A program made the translations under genes and the position numbers. Shown here in pieces: positions 61,478-64,000 of a DNA stretch of 64,000 nt. The DNA comes from Longimicrobiales bacterium (GTDB lineage: Bacteria > Gemmatimonadota > Gemmatimonadetes > Longimicrobiales > Gaopeijiaceae): assembly GCA_965204735.1 (NCBI GenBank), contig OZ242008.1:1728001-1792000 (forward strand), read 5' to 3'. How positions within the stretch are numbered: position 1 is the first letter of the stretch; the number at the start of each line of letters is the position of its first letter. The notes under the pieces are model-generated. The model did no database searches, had not been told where the DNA came from, and saw nothing but the letters and a program-made list of their open reading frames with translations.

Positions 61478-63999
61478 GACGGGTCCTCGGCGCGGGCCAG
61501 GAGATCGGCGAAGTCGTAGTTGACGCTGGTGACGCCGAAGTCCGGTTCCCGCCGGAAGGGGCGTCGCAGGTAGCGGACCCGGTGCTCGGCCTCGTCCAGG
61601 AACTCGACGATGGCCAGGATGTAGTCGCCGGGCTTGTTCAGCGAGCAGAGGATCTCGTTGCGCGTGACGGTGATCGTGCGCGCGCCCGCAACGCGCCCCT
61701 TGACCTCGATGAAGCGAAGCTTGCCCGTGCCGGGAACTCGGCTCTCGACGTCGTAGCCCAGCCGGTCGAACTCGCGGTCCACGGGCTCGAAGCCCAGCCG
61801 GCGCTCGACCTCCATGACGGCTTCGCGAGCGCGGGCGGCGGCGGCCTGGGTGTCGCGCGGCCCGAGGGGAGCAAGAGGGGCGTCGGTCTCTTCGGCGTCC
61901 GCCCGCCCGCCGATCTCCCGGAGCAAGCCCACCGGCACGACCAGCACGCCGCCCAGCACGACAGGCGCCCGCGAAGATATCTGGCGCTCCAGTTCCAGCG
62001 CCGCCAACCGCTTCCCGAGCCGCACCTGAAGGGCGTCGGCCCGCCTGGCGGCCTCGCCGGAGGCCAAGCGGGCGCCGGCCGTGAGCCCGTCGCCGGAGTC
62101 GAGCCCGCTGTCGCTGCCCGTCGCGGAATCCGCACCGGCCCCACCCGCCGCCTCCCGAGCCTTGAGTTCCTGCGCCCGGTGGTCCCAGTAGTTGATCTCG
62201 TTGGTGAGGCGGCCCTTGACGGCGGCCTGCGTCTTGTCGATCAGCGGATGTCGAAAGCTCCTCGCTTCCTCCAGGTGCCGGGGCGCGGCCTGCGCCACGG
62301 CCCACTCCACCATGCGCGCCTCCAGTCCGTCGCCGACCCAGCCGCACTCGGGGCGGTCCAGAATGGCGGCGGTCTCCGGTTCGGCGCTGGTCAGCGGGCG
62401 ATAGTCGAGGTAGGGTGCGCACTCCACCTGCCGGATGCGGCCCGATCCGTCCATCTCCAGGTGAAGCACCTTCTTGGACACGATCCGGCGTTCGCCGCCC
62501 TGCGTCGTGCCGCCCTCCTGCACGGCGTGTTCCAGGTAGAAGAGCACCCGAGGCTCGACGCCGCCGTCGCGTTCGTCCACGAGCACCGTCCCGCGCTTCA
62601 GCAGCTCGCGGTGGCGCTCCAGCGTCAAGTCCAGGACCGCGTCCAGCAGGGGATGACCCGGGCACACGAACGCCGCCGGGGGCTGGCCGACAGGAGGCTC
62701 CATCTCCTTGTCGAAAGCGATGCGCTCGTAGCGGGACAGCACCGGCTCCCGAGCGCCCGCTGACCGACCCCGAGCGCGCACGGCGGCAGGCACGTGGGTG
62801 ACCTGATAGCGGCGAGGCTCCCGTTTCCGCGCCTTGCCGCCCAGCCGCCGAAACGCCTCGACGAAGAACGACTCCACGTAGTGCGGTTGGAGCCGGCGGG
62901 CCTCGGCGCGCTCCATCTCTTCGCGCACCTTGTGCAGCTTCCGGGCGTCGATCGCGCCGTGGGCAAGGGCTTCGTCCTCCAGCAGGTCGCGAAGCCTGTC
63001 CCGGTCCAGGGCGTGCTCCACGACCCTGTCGAGACGGGCCTTCACCTCCGGCTGCTCGCCGTAGCGCACCGCCTCCGTCAGCAGGTCGCGCAACGGCCTG
63101 CCCTCGAAGTGGAGCTTCCCCAGCACGTCGAAGACCTTGCCGCCCAGGGCCTCCCGCGCCTGCTCCAGCTTCTCGAGAAGCCGGCGGTACACGTCGCCCT
63201 CGCGGGTTTCGGCGGCGACGAGGTTCCAGATGTGGCACACCTGGCGCTGGCCGATTCGGTGGATGCGCCCGAAGCGCTGCTCGATCCGGTTGGGGTTCCA
63301 GGGCAGGTCGTAGTTCACCATCAGGTGCGCGCGTTGCAGGTTGACCCCTTCCCCCGCCGCGTCGGTGGCCAAGAGCACTTGCGTCTCGGGGTCGTGGCGG
63401 AACGCCTCCTGGGCCTTCAACCGGTCTTCGCGCCTCATGCCCCCGTGGACGACGACCAAGCTGCCGGGCCGTCCCAGCAGCGTCGCGATGCGCGTCTGCA
63501 GGTAGTCCAGCGTGTCCCGGTGTTCCGTGAAGATCACCAGCTTCTGCGTGGCCGAAGGCTTGTGCGGCGGGATTTCGCCCGCGCCGTAGGGGAGCTCGGG
63601 GGACTCCATGACGCGCCCCCGCAGGCCCGACGACGTGAAGACCTGGCGAAAGACGTCGGCCAGCTCCTGCCACTTGGCGTCCGTGCCGCTCCGAAGCACG
63701 TCCGTGGCCAGGCGTTCCAGCCGTCGCAGGACGGCGATCTCCGCCTTCAGTTCGGGGATGGTGCGGGCGGCTGTCGCCCTGCTCAGCACTTCGGCCTCGG
63801 CGGACTGTCGCTCGATCTCGGGCGCGTCTTCCAGGTCGGCAAGGGCCTCGGCGTCGTCCAGGTCGAAGGCGGGCGTCGAGGGTGCGGACTCGGCTTCTCG
63901 GAGCCGGCCCTCCAACCGCTCCCGTCGCCTTCGCAGGGAGTGGTGAATCGCGGCGGGCGACGACGCCAAGCGCCGTTGCAGGATCGTAAGGGCGAAGCC
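61474..63999 (-). CDS. SNF2-family helicase with C-terminal DUF3883 (PD-(D/E)XK-like) domain; 5'-truncated by window
   Basis: KLVIFTEHRDT, ATDAAGEGVNLQ, NYDLPWNPNRIEQRFGRIHRIGQ; C-terminal GYDVES..RFIEVKGR..TRNE. Confidence 0.9.
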   Translation of the reverse strand, partial: GFALTILQRRLASSPAAIHHSLRRRRERLEGRLREAESAPSTPAFDLDDAEALADLEDAPEIERQSAEAEVLSRATAARTIPELKAEIAVLRRLERLATDVLRSGTDAKWQELADVFRQVFTSSGLRGRVMESPELPYGAGEIPPHKPSATQKLVIFTEHRDTLDYLQTRIATLLGRPGSLVVVHGGMRREDRLKAQEAFRHDPETQVLLATDAAGEGVNLQRAHLMVNYDLPWNPNRIEQRFGRIHRIGQRQVCHIWNLVAAETREGDVYRRLLEKLEQAREALGGKVFDVLGKLHFEGRPLRDLLTEAVRYGEQPEVKARLDRVVEHALDRDRLRDLLEDEALAHGAIDARKLHKVREEMERAEARRLQPHYVESFFVEAFRRLGGKARKREPRRYQVTHVPAAVRARGRSAGAREPVLSRYERIAFDKEMEPPVGQPPAAFVCPGHPLLDAVLDLTLERHRELLKRGTVLVDERDGGVEPRVLFYLEHAVQEGGTTQGGERRIVSKKVLHLEMDGSGRIRQVECAPYLDYRPLTSAEPETAAILDRPECGWVGDGLEARMVEWAVAQAAPRHLEEARSFRHPLIDKTQAAVKGRLTNEINYWDHRAQELKAREAAGGAGADSATGSDSGLDSGDGLTAGARLASGEAARRADALQVRLGKRLAALELERQISSRAPVVLGGVLVVPVGLLREIGGRADAEETDAPLAPLGPRDTQAAAARAREAVMEVERRLGFEPVDREFDRLGYDVESRVPGTGKLRFIEVKGRVAGARTITVTRNEILCSLNKPGDYILAIVEFLDEAEHRVRYLRRPFRREPDFGVTSVNYDFADLLARAEDPS

Positions 64000-64000
64000 G

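Overview
GC-rich bacterial chromosome segment; gene content and order suggest phylum Gemmatimonadota (inference, not a database result). Housekeeping backbone: hslU (partial)-argF-gcvT-sigma54 activator, acnA, tRNA-Leu(CAA), gltA, S9 peptidase, pdp, PBP1A, aroB, acyl-CoA ligase, NYN/LOTUS protein, mpg, DUF4153, NhaC-family transporter, etfBA, gamma-CA, CNNM/CBS protein, MoxR, a complete F0F1 atp operon, a stand-alone 23S-5S rRNA unit with no 16S, thiE, mltG, ruvX and a partial SNF2-DUF3883 helicase. Two accessory blocks stand out. (1) 16.7-24.7 kb: a heme-copper oxidase-superfamily operon whose subunit I has GHSSQQ in place of the O2-reductase HPxVY motif (no cross-linking Tyr), so most likely an eNOR-type nitric oxide reductase. 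It is led by a Cys3His Rrf2 regulator and sits head-to-head with a cytochrome b-2x[4Fe-4S]-MvhD-like fusion plus a coupled membrane-anchored partner; this is the best candidate for an undescribed system. (2) 8.2-15 kb: an integrase-less islet after tRNA-Leu carrying a lipoprotein/TonB-dependent transporter/DUF4249 operon flanked by two antitoxin-like genes (HicB, MqsA-like) with no adjacent toxin. All calls come from motif recognition by eye; no searches were run, and start codons are best estimates.
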